From the human T2T-CHM13v2.0 reference genome, Homo sapiens, in NCBI RefSeq assembly GCF_009914755.1, contig NC_060927.1: a stretch of 64,000 nucleotides of DNA; one strand, written 5' to 3'. Both the position numbers and the translations under genes were made by a program. The notes under the pieces are model-generated. The model had not been told where the DNA came from and made no database searches. It was given only the letters and a program-made list of their open reading frames with translations. Shown piece after piece: positions 39,051 to 56,146 of the stretch (position 1 is the first letter of the stretch; the number at the start of each line of letters is the position of its first letter).

Positions 39051-40127
39051 ATAACTCTCTGAAGCCATCCATCCCCTCTACCTCCAGAGTTGGCCCTTCA
39101 GTACTACACTCTATCACCACCCTAACTTCTGAGATAATGCAGGTCCAGTTTAGCTAAAGTAATGAATATCTTTGAAATAGGAATGAACAAATTATTTTTT
39201 ATCTGACCTGAAGTTATGCTTATAGTACGGATTGTACCGGAATCTAGGGTCTATAGAAGACATTCAGTGTAGTCCCATTGTACTTTCTATATTAAATAAT
39301 GATTCTGTTAGTTTATTTAATTTTAATCTTATCTAAGTCTGCCATAAAATTAGAATAATGTGAATTCATTGGACTTCTAAACTAAAGAAATCACATTAAA
39401 ATAACAAATACAAATTCAAATGATGTAAATTCCAGGCTCTTAAATTTTTGACAACTTTTAGAAGCTAAACAAAACAAAAAAGCTTTGAAGTACAGAGTAG
39501 ACCATTATCTTTGTTATAAAATATTTAAAGCAGAGCTCTGTGCTCAATACTCATAATTAAATTTCACATTGTTAAATTTATTGTCTAAGTGCTTTAAACT
39601 CATGCTTATTTCCGAATATATCAACCTAGTTAAAAACGTGCCTGCATTGACGAAAATTATTCTCCTTTGGAAGGTAAAGTCTTTAGCATGAAATTTAAAA
39701 AATGAAAAACAGTTAAAATATAAAATCAATGCATTCCTTTCCATTTACCTCCACTTACTATTACTCAAAAATATTTTATTTTTGATACAAAAACTGTCTC
39801 CATTATCTGAGTTAAATTAGTTCTGTTATTTTATATTTGGTTGATGAGGCCATCTTTTTATTTTTACAAAGGACTTTGTAAGTATTTGGCCTCAGAGCTG
39901 AAACTGTCCTTACGGAGAATTAAAACTTGGACGTTTGAATAGGAACTAAAATGCCTTGATGTCTATATTTGTATGACTCAGTATAGAAATGTTGAAATAA
40001 TCTACTCTTCCAGTTTTCTTAAAAAATGCATGAGTTTTAGACTTATCCAACAAAGAGAGGTAACAAGCAAAGATAATAGAAGCTTTTCTGTAAGAGCTTA
40101 GTAGTATTTTTTAAGGTGATTAAATAT

Positions 40128-40398
40128 CGGCTCACGCCAGTGAATCCCAGCACTTTGAGAGGCTGAGGCAGGTGGATCACGAGGTGAGAAGTTCGAGACC
40201 GGCCTGGCCAATATGGTGAAACCCCGACTCTACTAAAAATACAAAAATTAGCTGGGCATGGTGGTACGCACCTGTAGCCCAGCTACTCAGGAGGTTGAGT
40301 CAGAAGAATCGCTCGAACCCGGGGGGCGGAGGTTGCAGTGAGCCAAGATCATGCCACTGCACTCTAGCCTGGGTGACTCCCTCTCAACGAGAAAAAAG
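40128..40398 (+). mobile_element. AluS, slightly 5'-truncated, with a small 3' deletion
   Basis: Starts at cggctcacgcc; 3' end gggtgactcc lacks the agagcgagac segment. Confidence 0.92.
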
Positions 40399-40497
40399 AT
40401 ATGTGAACATACATTAATATATTTTAAAAATAAATGCTAAATATATACATGTGTACCAGTAAGATGGATAAATGCATGAATTGAAATATATACATAT

Positions 40498-40793
40498 TAC
40501 TATGGTTTTAATGTGTCCTCTCCAAAATTCAGCCATTTCCAATGTAGTATTAGGAGGTAGGGCTTTTTAGTGGTGATCAGGCCAGAAAGGCTTCTCCCTT
40601 ATGAATAGGATTAGGTGCCCTCATAAAAGGGATTCATAGATGGAATTCATCTCTCTTGCCTTTTCACCTTCTGCTATGTGAAGATGAGGCCAGAATACCC
40701 TGACCAGACACCAAATGCCAGCACCTCAATCTTAGACTTTCCAGCCTCCAGAACTGTGAGAAAAAATGTATTCTCTTTATAAATTACCCAATC
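40498..40793 (+). mobile_element. MST (MSTC/D-like) MaLR LTR
   Basis: tactatggttttaatgtgtcctctccaaaattca...cttagactttccagcctccagaactgtgag...ataaattaccca. Confidence 0.8.
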
Positions 40794-41479
40794 ATTTAGG
40801 TCTACACATTATTTAGTTTGCCAAATCTACAATGCCTCTGAAGAATCTGTGTTTCTCCAGACAATAACTTGCTGTTCTTCAAGTTGTTTCTGTTCATCTG
40901 AACCTCTCTGTTTAATACAAGAAGAGCAGATTGATGTTGAACATGAGACAAACTTTTTTTTTTTAACACTAAAACAATTTATTCTCATACTATGTAAGGC
41001 CAAAGGTAACCATTAAAGATGCTTGCTGAAGTACACCAAAAGAATAATAAACTTAGCAAATCAATAGATTTCTCTTGGTTTTCTAAGGTTTAAGTTTTCT
41101 TATACCTTAAATATCTGATATCAGTCAATATTCATAGAAACTACTCAGATATTTCAAACAAGAAATTTAATACAGATAATTAATTACAAAAGAGGGAGAA
41201 GGATAACAGGAACAAAGAGGAGAAGGGAAAGCTTCTCAGTGTAATAACTGTAGCAGCTCCTATACAACCTTAGGTGTGAAAGAGAAGTAGAAAAAACTGA
41301 TGTCACCAGAACTCATGATTGCTCTGCTGTTGAGGCTGCTTGAGCATCTACTGAAGCTATCATTGCTAATGTACAAGCCATTGATACTTCCATTGTGTGA
41401 GAATTCTGCGCTGTACTGCTAGTCTATATATATACAATTACCAGTGCATTGCTAGTATATACATACATATATATATACA

Positions 41480-42730
41480 TGTATAGATAAAATAGTGTTA
41501 TAATTTTATTTTCTAATTGTTTATTGCTGTGTAAAGAAATGTAATTAGTAACAATAAGTACCTGATAAACCCGATAAACCTTTTCTCAACATCCTAATGA
41601 TTAATCTGTGGTTTTCCTTCGATTTTCTATACAAACATTTCACCTGAATGTAATTACAACTCTTCCATTTTTTAGATAGTTTCTTTTTTTGTTGTTGTTC
41701 TAGGTATTTTTCCTTTTTGTATAGCTCTTTAAATTTCTTGGCTTAAAACTATTTTTTAATATCCACTTCTAATCTTCTGAGAAATATATCTTCAGTATCT
41801 ATGGTTGTGTCTCCATTTTATTCCTAATATGTTCTGTTTTTTCTTTCTCGCCTTTCTTATTGATAAGCTGCACCAGATATTTGTCAGTTTTACAAGGTTT
41901 CTCCAAAAGCTGAGTTGTTTATATCACTGAATCATTTTTCCCTTTGTTATTATATTTGGTTCTTGTTTTTGTATTCCTTTACCTCTACTTTATTTGTGAT
42001 TTATCTGTTTATTTCCTAAATTCTTGAAATGGATACTTGTTAATTTTCGGCTTCTCTTCCAGTATAAGTAGATATGGATATGTAGATTCATATATATCTA
42101 TTTCCATATTTACTATATCTATATATATTTCATCTGACCTTGTAGGACTATTCCCCTGTCCTTTCTCTTTTAAAGTTTCAGCCCAGAACTTACTTTTTTT
42201 CTGTTGGCTCTAGATTTTTTTCTCAGGAAACTATCTATTTCATTTTCATTTCATTACTTTCGCATAATTTGAATTCTAAAGTAGTCTCTTAGGTAGATCA
42301 TAGATGATGGTTATTTATGTTTTTGTTACTCTATTTTTAAAGAATTTCTTGAAATATATAGACTGTTGTAGTTTCCATTATTTTATCAAAACATGGAACT
42401 CTTTTCTTTTTTTTGAATCTTCTTGAACATATAGTTTCATATTCTCTACCTAATAATTGCAATGTCTGTATCTCCCATGGGTCTGATTTTGCTGTCATTT
42501 CCCTTTGCCCTTTCTCATGGGACTTTGCATGTTTAGTAAAATTTTCACAGTGAGATGTTTTGTTTTGTTTTTACTTGTAAATTTTTATGGTGGAATTATT
42601 AAAATTCCAGGATGAATTTTTTTTTCCCAGAAACAAATTCTGTGTTTTTGTTATTTGCCTGGGAGCACTGACAGATTTATGAATAAGGGTATACTCTTTG
42701 GGTTCCAAACTTTACATAATACCTTCTATT
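41480..42730 (-). mobile_element. Ancient L1M remnants
   Basis: ttctaattgtttattgctg...taatctgtgg...tttgtcagtttta, degenerate L1 antisense. Confidence 0.4.
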
Positions 42731-42753
42731 ACACTCCTCACCTAGAGAAGGTC

Positions 42754-45002
42754 TGATATGGTTTAGCTGTGTCCCTACCCAAATCTCATCTTGAACCCAT
42801 AATCCCCACATGTTGTAGGAGGGACCTGGTGGAAGGTAATTGAATCATGGGGGTGGGTTTTTCTCATTCTATTAAGATAGTGAATCAGTTTCATGAGATC
42901 TGATAGTTTTATAAGGGGGAGTTCCCCTGCACAAGCTCTCTTGCCTACTGCCATGTAAGACATGCCTCTGCTCCTCCTTCATCTTCTGTCATGATTGTGA
43001 GGACTCCTCCCCAGCCATGTGGAACTGAGAGTCCATTAAACATCTTTTTTTATTTACAAATTACCTAGTCTTAGGTGTTTCTTCATAGCAGTATGAAAAT
43101 GGGCTAATAGAGTAAATTGCTACCAGTAGAGTGGGGTACTGCTATAAGGATACCCAAAAATGTGGAATTGACTTTGGAACTGGGTAACAAGCAGAGGTTG
43201 AAACACTTTGGAGGGCTCAGAAGAAGACAGGAAAATGTGGGAAAGTTTGGAACTTCCTAGAGACTTGTTGAATGGCTTTGACTAAAATGCCGATAGTGAT
43301 ATGGACAATAAACTCCAGGCTGAGGTGGTCTCTGATAGAGATGAGGAACTTGGTAGGAACTGGAGTAAAGGTCACTCTTGCTATGTTTTAGGAAAGAGAC
43401 TGGCAGCATTTTGCCTCTGCCCTAGAGATTTTTGGAACTTAGAACTCGAGAGAGATGATTTAGGGTATCTGGCAGAAGAAATTTCTAAGTGGTAAAGTGT
43501 TCAAGAGGAAGCAGAGCATAGAAGTTTGAGAAATTTGCAGACTGATGATGCAGTAGAAAAGAAAACCCCATTTTCTGGGGAGAAATTCAAGCCAGCAGCA
43601 TAAATTTGCTTAAGTAACCAGCAGCCCAATGTTAATCACCAAGAGAATGAGGGAAATGTCTCCAGGAAATGTCAGAGACGTTTATAGCAACCACTCCCAT
43701 CACAGACCTGGAGGCCTAGGAGGAAAAACTGGTTTCATGGGCTGGGTCCAGGGCTCCCCTGCTGTGTGCACCCTAGGGATTTGGTGCCCTGTATCCCAGC
43801 TGCTCCAGCCATGGCTAAAAGGGGCCAAGGTACACCTCAGGCCATGGCTTGGGAGGGTGCAAGCCCCAAGCCTTGGCAGCTTCCACATAGTGTTGAGCCT
43901 GCAGGTATGCAGAAGTCAAGAATCAAGGTTTGGGAACCTCTGCCTAGATTTCAGAGGATGTATGGAAATGCTTGGATGTCCAGGCAAAATTTTGCTGCAG
44001 GGATGAAGCCCTCATGGCAAACCTCCACCAAGGCAATGCGAAAGTGAAATGTGGGATGGGAGCCCCCACACAGAGTCCCTACTGGGTCACTGACTAGTGG
44101 AGCTGTGAGAAGAGGGCCACTGTCCTCCAGACCCCAGAATGGTAGATCAGCTTGTGCTGTGCACTTGGAATAGCTGCAGACACAACACCAGCCTGTGAAA
44201 GCAGCCAGGAGGGGTCTGTACCCTGCAAAACTACAGAGGCAGAGTTTCCCAAGGCTAGGGAAGCCCACTTATTGCATCAGAGCGACCTGGATGTGAGACA
44301 TGGAGCCAAAGGAGTTCATTTTGGAGCTTTAAGATTTTACTGCACTGCTGGATTTTGGACTTGAATGAGGCCTGTAGCCCGTTTGTTTTGGCCAATTTCT
44401 CCCATTTGGAACTGGCATATTTACCCAATGCCTGTACCCCCATTGTATCTAGGAATTAACTAACTTGCTTTTGATTTTACAGGCTCATAGGCAGAAGGGA
44501 CTTGCTTTGTCTCAGATGAGACTTTGGACTCTGGACTTTTGAGTTAATGTTGAAATGAGTTAAGACTTTGGGGGACTGTTGGGAAGACATGGTTGATTTT
44601 GAAATGTGAAGACATGAAATTTCGGAGGGGCCAGGAATAGAATGATATGACTTGGCTCTGTCCCCACCCCAGTCTTATCTTGCATTATAGCTCCCATAAT
44701 CTCCATGTGTCATGGGATGGACACAGTGGGAGGTAATTGAATCACGGAGGTGTGTTTTTTCCATGCTGTTCTCATGATAGGGAATAAATCGCATGATATC
44801 TGATGGTTTTATAAAGGGTAGTTCCCCTGCACATGCTCTCTTGCCTGCCACCATGTAAGACGTGCCTCTGCTCCTCCTTTGCCTTCTGTAATGATTATGA
44901 GGCCTCCCCAGCCATGTGGAACTGTGAGTCCATTAAACCTCTTAAAAAAAATTACCCAGTCTCAGGTATTTCTTCATAGCAGTATGAAAATAGACTAATA
45001 CA
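42754..45002 (+). mobile_element. Complete THE1 (THE1D-like) MaLR: LTR 42754-43111, internal 43112-44642, LTR 44643-45002
   Basis: Two similar ~360-bp LTRs (tgatatg...ctaata(c/g)a); THE1-int sequence; polypurine tract ggaggggccaggaatagaa before the 3' LTR. Confidence 0.93.
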
Positions 45003-45102
45003 ATGCCCCATTAGAGAAATATTCTGTCTCAGTTTATAAATCTGTAAAAAGTGGTACTCAAACTCAGTTTGGAAAAATCATCTTAATGTACTTGCTTGAT
45101 GA

Positions 45103-45550
45103 CTTAGTCAGTTCTGGCTACTGTAAAAAAAAAAATACCATAGACTGAGTGGGTTAAACAACAAAAATTTATTTCTCCCAGTTTTGGAGGGTGAAAAGTC
45201 CGGATTAAAGTGCTGGCCAAATTTTTGCCTGGTAAGGGCTCTCTTCCTGGTTTATAGAGGGATGGCTTCCTATTGTATTCTCACATGGCAGAGCGGGGAA
45301 AGAGACAATGAGAGAGAGAAGGAGGGAGGGAGGCAGGGAGGGAAGGAGAGAGAGAGAGAAAGAGAGGAGAGAGAGAGAGAGAGTGAGTGAGCTTATGTCT
45401 TTTCTTATAAGGACACTAACCCCATTGAGACTTCTGCTCTCATGACCTAATTACCTCTTAAAGACCCCATCTCTAAATGCCATCACATTGGAGATTAGAG
45501 TTTCAGTATATCAATTTTGAGCCATTGATGTATTCAAGAACATTGTAACA
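45103..45550 (-). mobile_element. MLT1A-like LTR containing a GA-rich tract
   Basis: ataccatagactgagtgggttaaacaaca...ctcacatggcagag...ctcatgacctaattacctc. Confidence 0.85.
45296..45388. repeat. Purine-rich (GA)n/(GGGA)n tract
   Basis: About 90 bp nearly all purine on +. Confidence 0.9.
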
Positions 45551-47337
45551 ACCATGCTACCAAGTATTCTTTATTGATTTTACTGGGATGTACTTTGCAC
45601 AGCATGTTGAGATATAAAATGCTACCTAGTTCATAATGATTAAAGTTAGAAAATAAGCTAAATTTCCATCAATAGATGAATGCTAAATAAATAGGTAAGT
45701 ATTGGACCATCCATATTGTGGCATACAAGATCCTCAACAGCTTTGAAAATAGAACTTATTAGGTCTGTATATGCTAAAATGCATAATTTTTTATGTAATG
45801 TATATGTTATACTTGCTTTTGTCTCAAAATATATTTGTTATAAATACATACAGGCATAGATATATTCATAATGTAAATAAATAAATCTGTGAGAATGCAT
45901 TTAAACAGTTATCAGAAATTACTTCGAGAGAGGGGAGTAAGATCAGTAGTGAAACTGGGAATTGAAAAAGGAATTTTACTTTCAAATCTATAGACTGCTG
46001 AGTTGTTTACATTTGTAGGGAATATATGTTCGTGTATTAAACTTTTAACATTTTCAAGAATCTTCATAAAAGATAGATAAATCACTAAAAGGGTTTTCAC
46101 ATGAACTAATCGTACATGTAAATACAACAAATAGAATTTCTTTTGCAATACCTATGGATATCTTTATTTAATAAAATGTGCTGTAGCAGAAAGCTTCTAT
46201 ATAAAAAATTTGTAGCTTAAAATCTAAGATCAAAAGGAAATCTATTAAAGCAAGATAATACTCCTTTGATATAATTTTTTAAGTTTATTCTTCACCTTGA
46301 TTTGGTATTATACAAATCACTGTACATTTTGCAATTTCCATCTTTTTAGCTGCTGAAATATATGTTTCTATTAGGGCCAACTGTATTTAGCATTATATCC
46401 TAAATTTGTTCTATAAATAAGTTTAAATTAATTTCAATTCAGAGAAGAAATATTCTTCTACGGACACATGCGTAAGACTAGTTAGAGGTAAATGACCAAA
46501 TAACACATTTCAGAAAGAAATTTATTCCTCTCATATAGTAGTTTGTGATAACTATTTAACCATTTCACAGATACTTTTTAAATTAAATATTCTTGTGATT
46601 TTATTTAAAGCAGTAATTATATCAATAACAATGTTGGGAAGACTTAAATTTTTCTGTAACACCTGTTTTATTTTTCACAATGCATTTTTCACCATTTGAA
46701 TTTTTGACCTAGATGATAAAAATGAGAAGCTACTTACGGATTTTTAGTTACTCTATTGTCATGAGGCCCCCATGCCAAAATACAATATGTATATCAGAAT
46801 GATAAATCTGCAGCTCCAATCTTTAGAAAATATGTTCAAAATTTTATTTTTTCGTGATCAATTTTGTTTTCAAATTTATTAACTTCTTTAATGTCTGCAA
46901 CAAATATAAATGAAAACTGCTACGTCATAGACCATACATCACAATGGCCCCAGTGTAAAGCATTGACTACAGTGGCTTCATTTTACCAGTCAGCAATGCT
47001 TAAAGCATGAGGAGGTGCTCGGCACCTGGCAAAGAGGCATTCCAAGTACAGAGAGAAGCACAAGAAAAGCCTATATTTGATCCAAACATAGGTCCAAACT
47101 AGCAGCTACTTTCGGGTAAAGCAAATAGTTTTGAATGGCTAAAACTAGGCTGCTTTATGTATGGTTGGATCCTAAAGTACAAGAAGCAATAGCAATTCGT
47201 GCACCTGGAGAAGTAGACAGGAGAGGAGCAACGTCATGTAGAAACTTTTATACCACTTCATAATTTACTAGCTAGGTAATAGAAGGAGATATTCAGATGG
47301 GTATAGGCACACAGAGAAACAGATATGAATTTATGAC

Positions 47338-47676
<339 letters not shown>

Positions 47677-48499
47677 TAAAATTATATATGGTACACATAT
47701 TGACTAAGAATATTTAATATATTTCGATATATTAAATGATATCTGAACATCTACATTTATCAATTCCCTTTGCTTATTAGGTGTTGTATCTACACATTGA
47801 AGATATTTGCAATATTACAGCATTTTTTGCCCGAACAAAACTAAAGTTCTACAAATTCCTATCAATTCAGATAACACTCAGGGAATTTCTAATGAGGATT
47901 TGAGTTATTAGACACATTTACTAACATTTATTCGGGAACTGATAGCAGAGCTTCCCAATTGAAATTCATCTTTCTGACCTCATCCTTCATTTATTCTTAC
48001 ACATATCCTATTATGGTCCTGAAAATTTAATGATGGACTATATCATTGTTAATTATGTGACACATATTATCAATGATGTAGGAATTTAAAGGTGGTAGAG
48101 CTTTTGCCCTTGCGATAGTTTAGAAGATTTAGACATGTGAAAACCTTTGTATTCTGTGATTTGCTTAGTAAATGTCAGAAGAGTGTTGGTACTGGGCTAG
48201 GAAACCTATCATAATGCTCTTTGTCCATGCTCCAGTATGTGCTTTGGAACCTAAACACAGAACAAGTCCTTAATATAAGCTTATTATGGAAAATGTAGCA
48301 TATTGTGTATCATTTAAATCACTCAAATGCCCATTTGTTGTTCTAAATTGATAGTCTCCCTTCTATAAATTCTATATGGTGCTGCTCAGAGACTGGTTTC
48401 TTGTAGAAAGTAAAAAAGGAAGAACATGTCTCTTTCATAGGAATTTTTCAAAAAAAAAAGATACAACAAAACTTCTTCATCTTAAAGCCCTCATTTATC

Positions 48500-48800
48500 C
48501 TTTTTTTTTTTTTTTTTTTTGAGACGGAGTCTCACTCTATTGCCAGGTCAGAGTGCAGTGGCACTATCTCGGCTCACCGCAACCTCCTACTCCCTGCTTT
48601 GAGCGATTCTACTGCCTTAGCCTCCCGAGCAGCTGGGACTACAGGCACGTGCCACCACACCCAGCTAAGTTTTGTATTTTTAGTAGAGACAGGGTTTCAT
48701 CATATTGGCCAGGATGGTCTCCATCTCCTGACCTCATGATCTGCCCACCTCGGCCTTCCGAAGTGCTGGGGATTACAGGCGTGAGCCACCGCACCCAACC
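48500..48800 (-). mobile_element. Alu, AluSc-like
   Basis: Antisense dimer with T21 tail; ttgccagg and cctcatgatc Sc-type deletions. Confidence 0.93.
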
Positions 48801-49387
48801 TTATACTCTTTTAATTGGCTGTTTCCAATCCAGGTTTTTCAATGTGGTCTAGGTTGGATGATGGGGAGAGAGGCTTCCCTTTCCAATTTCTATTTTATTT
48901 GCCTTTAATAATATGTAATTGTGTTTTACTCAAGTCAAATATTCCTTAAATTATTAGTAATTATTGGTTAGATTCCTCAGAGAGGACACCGTTGTTGCTC
49001 TTTTTTGTTCATAATAACAAAAAAGAACACTGGTTTTGCTAACATTATATAAAGTATCGGGCGATACGTTATTGTTCTATGTTATATATAATTTAATGTA
49101 TAAATTTTATTAATGTACACATAAATTTTCATAAGTAAATAATAAAAATGTTAGAGAAATGTGATTTTCCGAGTAATTTGGAGGTTGCTGTATTTCACTG
49201 AGTCTAAAGTGCCTACCTTCATGTTCTAACGTCTCTGAAGTTGCAATATGCCTTACAAACCATTTTGATAAGGTAATAGTTTCAGCATAATGATTGTTGC
49301 TCGTGCTGTGATCTACAGTGGTATGTCTGGACAACTTCAACTCTCAGTGTTTCATTCTGTACATCATTTAAGGACTGTTTAGGAGGG

Positions 49388-49741
49388 TGATATGGTTTGC
49401 CTGTGTCCCCGCTCAAATCTCAACTTGAATTGTATTTCCCATAATTCCCATGTGTTGTGGGAGGGATCCAGGGGGAGGTAACTGAGTCATGGTGGCAGGT
49501 CTTTCCTGTGCTATTCTCGTGATAGTGAATAAGTCTCGTGAGATCTGATGGGTTTATCATGGGTTCCCGCTTTTGCATCTTCCTCATTTTCTCTTATCGC
49601 CACCATGTAAGAAATGCCTTTCAGCTCCCGCCAAGATTCTGAGGCCTCCCCAGCCATGTGGAACTCTAAATCCAATTAAACCTCTTTTTCTTCCCAGTCT
49701 CAGGTATGTCTTTATCAACAGACTGAAAAAGAACTAATACA
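49388..49741 (+). mobile_element. THE1A-like solo LTR
   Basis: tgatatggtttg...ctcaacttgaattgtat...cgcttttgcatcttcctcattttctc...ctaataca. Confidence 0.9.
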
Positions 49742-49770
49742 ATGGGAATATAAATCCTGTTTGTTGTTTT

Positions 49771-50471
49771 TATTTTATTTTATTTTTCACTTTTAACTAT
49801 GACTTTTTTTTTTTTTTTTTAAGTTCTGGGATACATGTGCTGAACGTGCAGGTTTGTTACATAGGTGTACACGTACCATGGAGGTTTGCTGCACCTATCA
49901 ACCCATCATCTACATTTTAAGCTCTGCATGCATTAGGGATTTATCCTAATGTTCTCCCTCCCCTTTCACCCCACCCCCAACAAGCCCCAGTGTGTGATGT
50001 TCCCCTCCCTGTGTCCATGTGTTCTCATTGTTCAGCTCCCACTTATGAGAGAGAACATGCAGTGTTTGATTTTCTGTTCCTGTGTTAGTTGCTGAGGATG
50101 ATTGTTTCCACCTTCATCCATGTCCCTGCAGAGAACATGAACTCATTATTTTAATGGCTACATAGTATTCCATGGTGTATATGTGCCACATTTTCTTTAT
50201 CCAATCTATCATTGATGGGCATTTGGGTTGGTACCAAGTCTTTGCTATTGTGAATAGTGCTGCAATAAACATATGTGTGCATGTGTCTTTACAGGAAAAT
50301 GATTTATAACCCTTTGGGTATATACCTAGTAATGGCATTGCTGGGTCAAATCGTATATCTGGTTCTAGATCCTTGAGGAATCACCATACTGTCTTCCAAA
50401 ATGGTTGAACTAATTTACACTCTCATCAACAGTGTAAAAGCATTCCTATTTCTCCACATCCTCGCCAGCAT
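49771..50471 (-). mobile_element. 5'-truncated L1PA (L1PA7/8-like)
   Basis: Poly-T, 3' UTR, ORF2 C-terminus (50114-50338); 14-bp TSD ctgtttgttgtttt at 49757-49770 and 50472-50485. Confidence 0.93.
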
Positions 50472-53400
50472 CTGTTTGTTGTTTTAAATTCTTCCAATAA
50501 CACTTTTTGTTGATATCAAGACTGGTAGAATGGGTGTTAAAGCTTGGAAGCAAAGATCAAAGATACTAGTAAAACATCCTCTTAAGAGAAGCTGCATCAC
50601 TTACTCTTTTGTTGTTTGGAGACTGTTATTTGTACAAAAAAACATATGTAGTGACAACTTTGACTTGAAAAGTGATATAGAAAATTCAAAGTCAGAATGT
50701 GATAGTGTTAAAAGTATCTTTATTTTACTTATATTTTCTTTTTATGATTACACAAGAGTGACAGAGTTAAAATTATGTGCCAAAGTAAATCTAACAGAGT
50801 TCTTTTATTAAGTGTAAAATAAAAATTCCAAGTGATAATAATAAAACCTTGTGTCATTTTTTAATTGGCAGCTTTTAAATTCATTCATGAAATATATAAT
50901 GGTTTATAATGCAATTAATAGCACCTTAGAAAACTGATGAAAAATGGTAATTGGCTTCTCTTTCAGGCTAAGTAAAGTGGATATTAATAAAACTTTGTTT
51001 TTTTACTGGGAATTTTGTGGAATAATCTCTGTAAGGTCAATTCTGGCTGTACATACTGCTTACTAAATTATAAAGATTAGTGAACATAGCCTGAACATAA
51101 AGTGAGTCAGAAATTTTATTTTGTTAAATCTCTAATACCAGCTCTTCAGTTGTTTGTGTTTGTTTGGATTTAATTGCAGGGGAAAACTTGACCCAACCAA
51201 GCCAAACACCTTTATTTATTTTACTTTCATTTTAATCAGATTGTATTATTTCACTTTGGATAAGTGCTTATGTTTCATAAAGTATGTTAAAGAATTATCC
51301 TAGACCACATTTGATCGAATATTCTTGTGATCTCCTTTAATGATTTATAAGAAATTCACTGGCCCTGAGAAAACCATTTAGTATAGATCTGTAGGGGACT
51401 CTCTACTACCTAGGTCTTAGCGTTTCACTCTCATAAGCCTTATTCCTTATTTAAATCACCATAAGCACTTGTAATGGGAAATAACACTTTTTATTGACAG
51501 CCTTGGTGTGATCACTTATTATATACATTTTTAAAATGTATTCCATCAGAATAGAGAAGAGAGAATGGAGATATTAGCCCCTAATGTCATTTTATGATTT
51601 CTCTGTTTAAAATTATTGATTTTAGGTTACTAGAGTATCTGTTTCCTTACCTCATAAATTCAACTAGTGACTGAGACCTACAAATGCAATTTTTCTTTAA
51701 AATATTAGAAATGTCAGAGGGATAATGGTACCATTTCCATTATCTAGATCGTTAGGAAGCACTTTGAACAAACAACTCTTAGCATTTATCTCACTATGGA
51801 GTTTTATGTACATACAAGTCTGCTGACTGAAACTAACCATGCACTTTTTGGCAGGAGGAATCTTTTGTTACATCTTTAAATCCACAGTACCTAGAGCCTT
51901 TTCTACTTCATGGCCTATTGTTAAGTGCTGAATAAAGTACAGTGAATGGAATGTAAGCTATATGAAGTTAAGGACCTAATCTTCTCTGTGCCTTTCACCC
52001 AGTAGGTACCCAGCAAATATCTTCAGTGAATAAATTAATGATGAAAAATAGGTTATTGAACTTTCTTCCAAATTATGAGCATTTGTGAAGGAAATGACAA
52101 TATGGAAGAGGAATAATTTCAGCTGCATTTGTGCACCTGACCTTTGAGGAGAAGCCAAGTCATCCTTCCCACCACAGACCTCCCTTCAAAGCCCTCCTGT
52201 CTTGCTCAGCTGCAGACAGAGCTGGCAGACAGGAAGGAAAGCGTGCCTCCCTGACCTTGCTTCCCACAGACTCCAGGCCAGCTGCAGGCCCGGGACAAGC
52301 AGGTTTTCAATAGGTCTGCCAATCTGCTTCATTCTGTCTAAATGAATATTTATATACATATCATTAAAAAGGCCCTAATTTAATCTTTACTAATATTTTC
52401 TCTTTGACTGACTTTACTCTGAAGTTAAGATTCCAGAGTATGGATGATCTGTAAATAAAAAGAATTTTTTGTTGTTGGCTATTCTTATCTTTATGGTTGA
52501 CTGCAAACTTTAGTGACTGACAATTGCTATTTAGAACCATATTTCTGGCCACAGATAATTGACCGAAATTATACCTAGAATTATGATTGTAAGAGCTGAA
52601 TATGAGTTGTGTCTCCATGATATCAGAGAAACAGAGTTGAAAAAGGGTCTTGAGTCTCTTTACTTGGAACAGGATATTATTTTATAGAGGGTAACATTTA
52701 TTTTTAAAACCTCAGCCCTTGACTCTGTACTCTTGTACTTCTATACTTTTTCCTTTTTTGTAGAAGTTTCCATGACCTACCCCCTGCCTTTTGCACATGT
52801 TTTTCTCCCTCTTCCAACTCTAAGATCTTTCTTTTATCCCTACAGCTTAACAGTGTGAATTTTAAAATGATTTATATTACATAGGTTTGAAGAGCTGATT
52901 ATTTTTAAAAAGAAGGGGCTTGGAAAATTTAGCCATTTCCATGGAGCATAGTTATGTAAAATATCAAAAGTTTAGGCTTCTTAAAAAAATCCCTTTTTGG
53001 GGGAGGTTATCTCCAGGTGGTACTTAAACCAACTCCTGTCAATAACATGACTAGAACCGGTTATCTAGCAGATGTTTCTGTAGATTATTGCCAGTGGAAA
53101 AAAAAAAAGCACTCTTATTTTTCAGTGAATACCTCAGATAGCAACATACATCATGGGAAAACAATAAACAGGATTTTTCTTAAGCAAAAATTGAATGAGA
53201 CAAGATTGAAACAAAGGAAAAAATATAACAAAAACTTGACATCTAAATTGCTCACGCCTGCTTTTTCTCTCTCTCTACCTCCTTTTCCTTTTGAAAGCCA
53301 CACACAACTATAGAAAAACACTCAAAGATAAAATTTAGAAAGTCAAAGCTGAAGAAGCAAGAGGAAATTTTCTGAGGCAAGAAAAAAGGCAAGCAAAAAA

Positions 53401-53560
53401 GATGGTAGCTGAATGTAGACAATAGCAGAATGATGGTAGACATTGAAATTAAACATTTAGGCAAAGGAGGCAAGGAAAAGTCATTTATATTTTTAAACAC
53501 CTGTTGTACTAGCCAGCGAAGTAGATATTTTGCCCAGTTTTAGTTTTCACAACAGCTCTA

Positions 53561-56146
<2,586 letters not shown>

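Noticed and set aside
42067-42114. AT-rich hairpin (also ttatgcat...atgcataa near 63853-63875)
   Set aside because: Self-complementarity is expected in TA-rich low-complexity DNA
43301-44443. Cluster of overlapping 60-125 aa ORFs
   Set aside because: Fragments of the degenerate THE1 internal region
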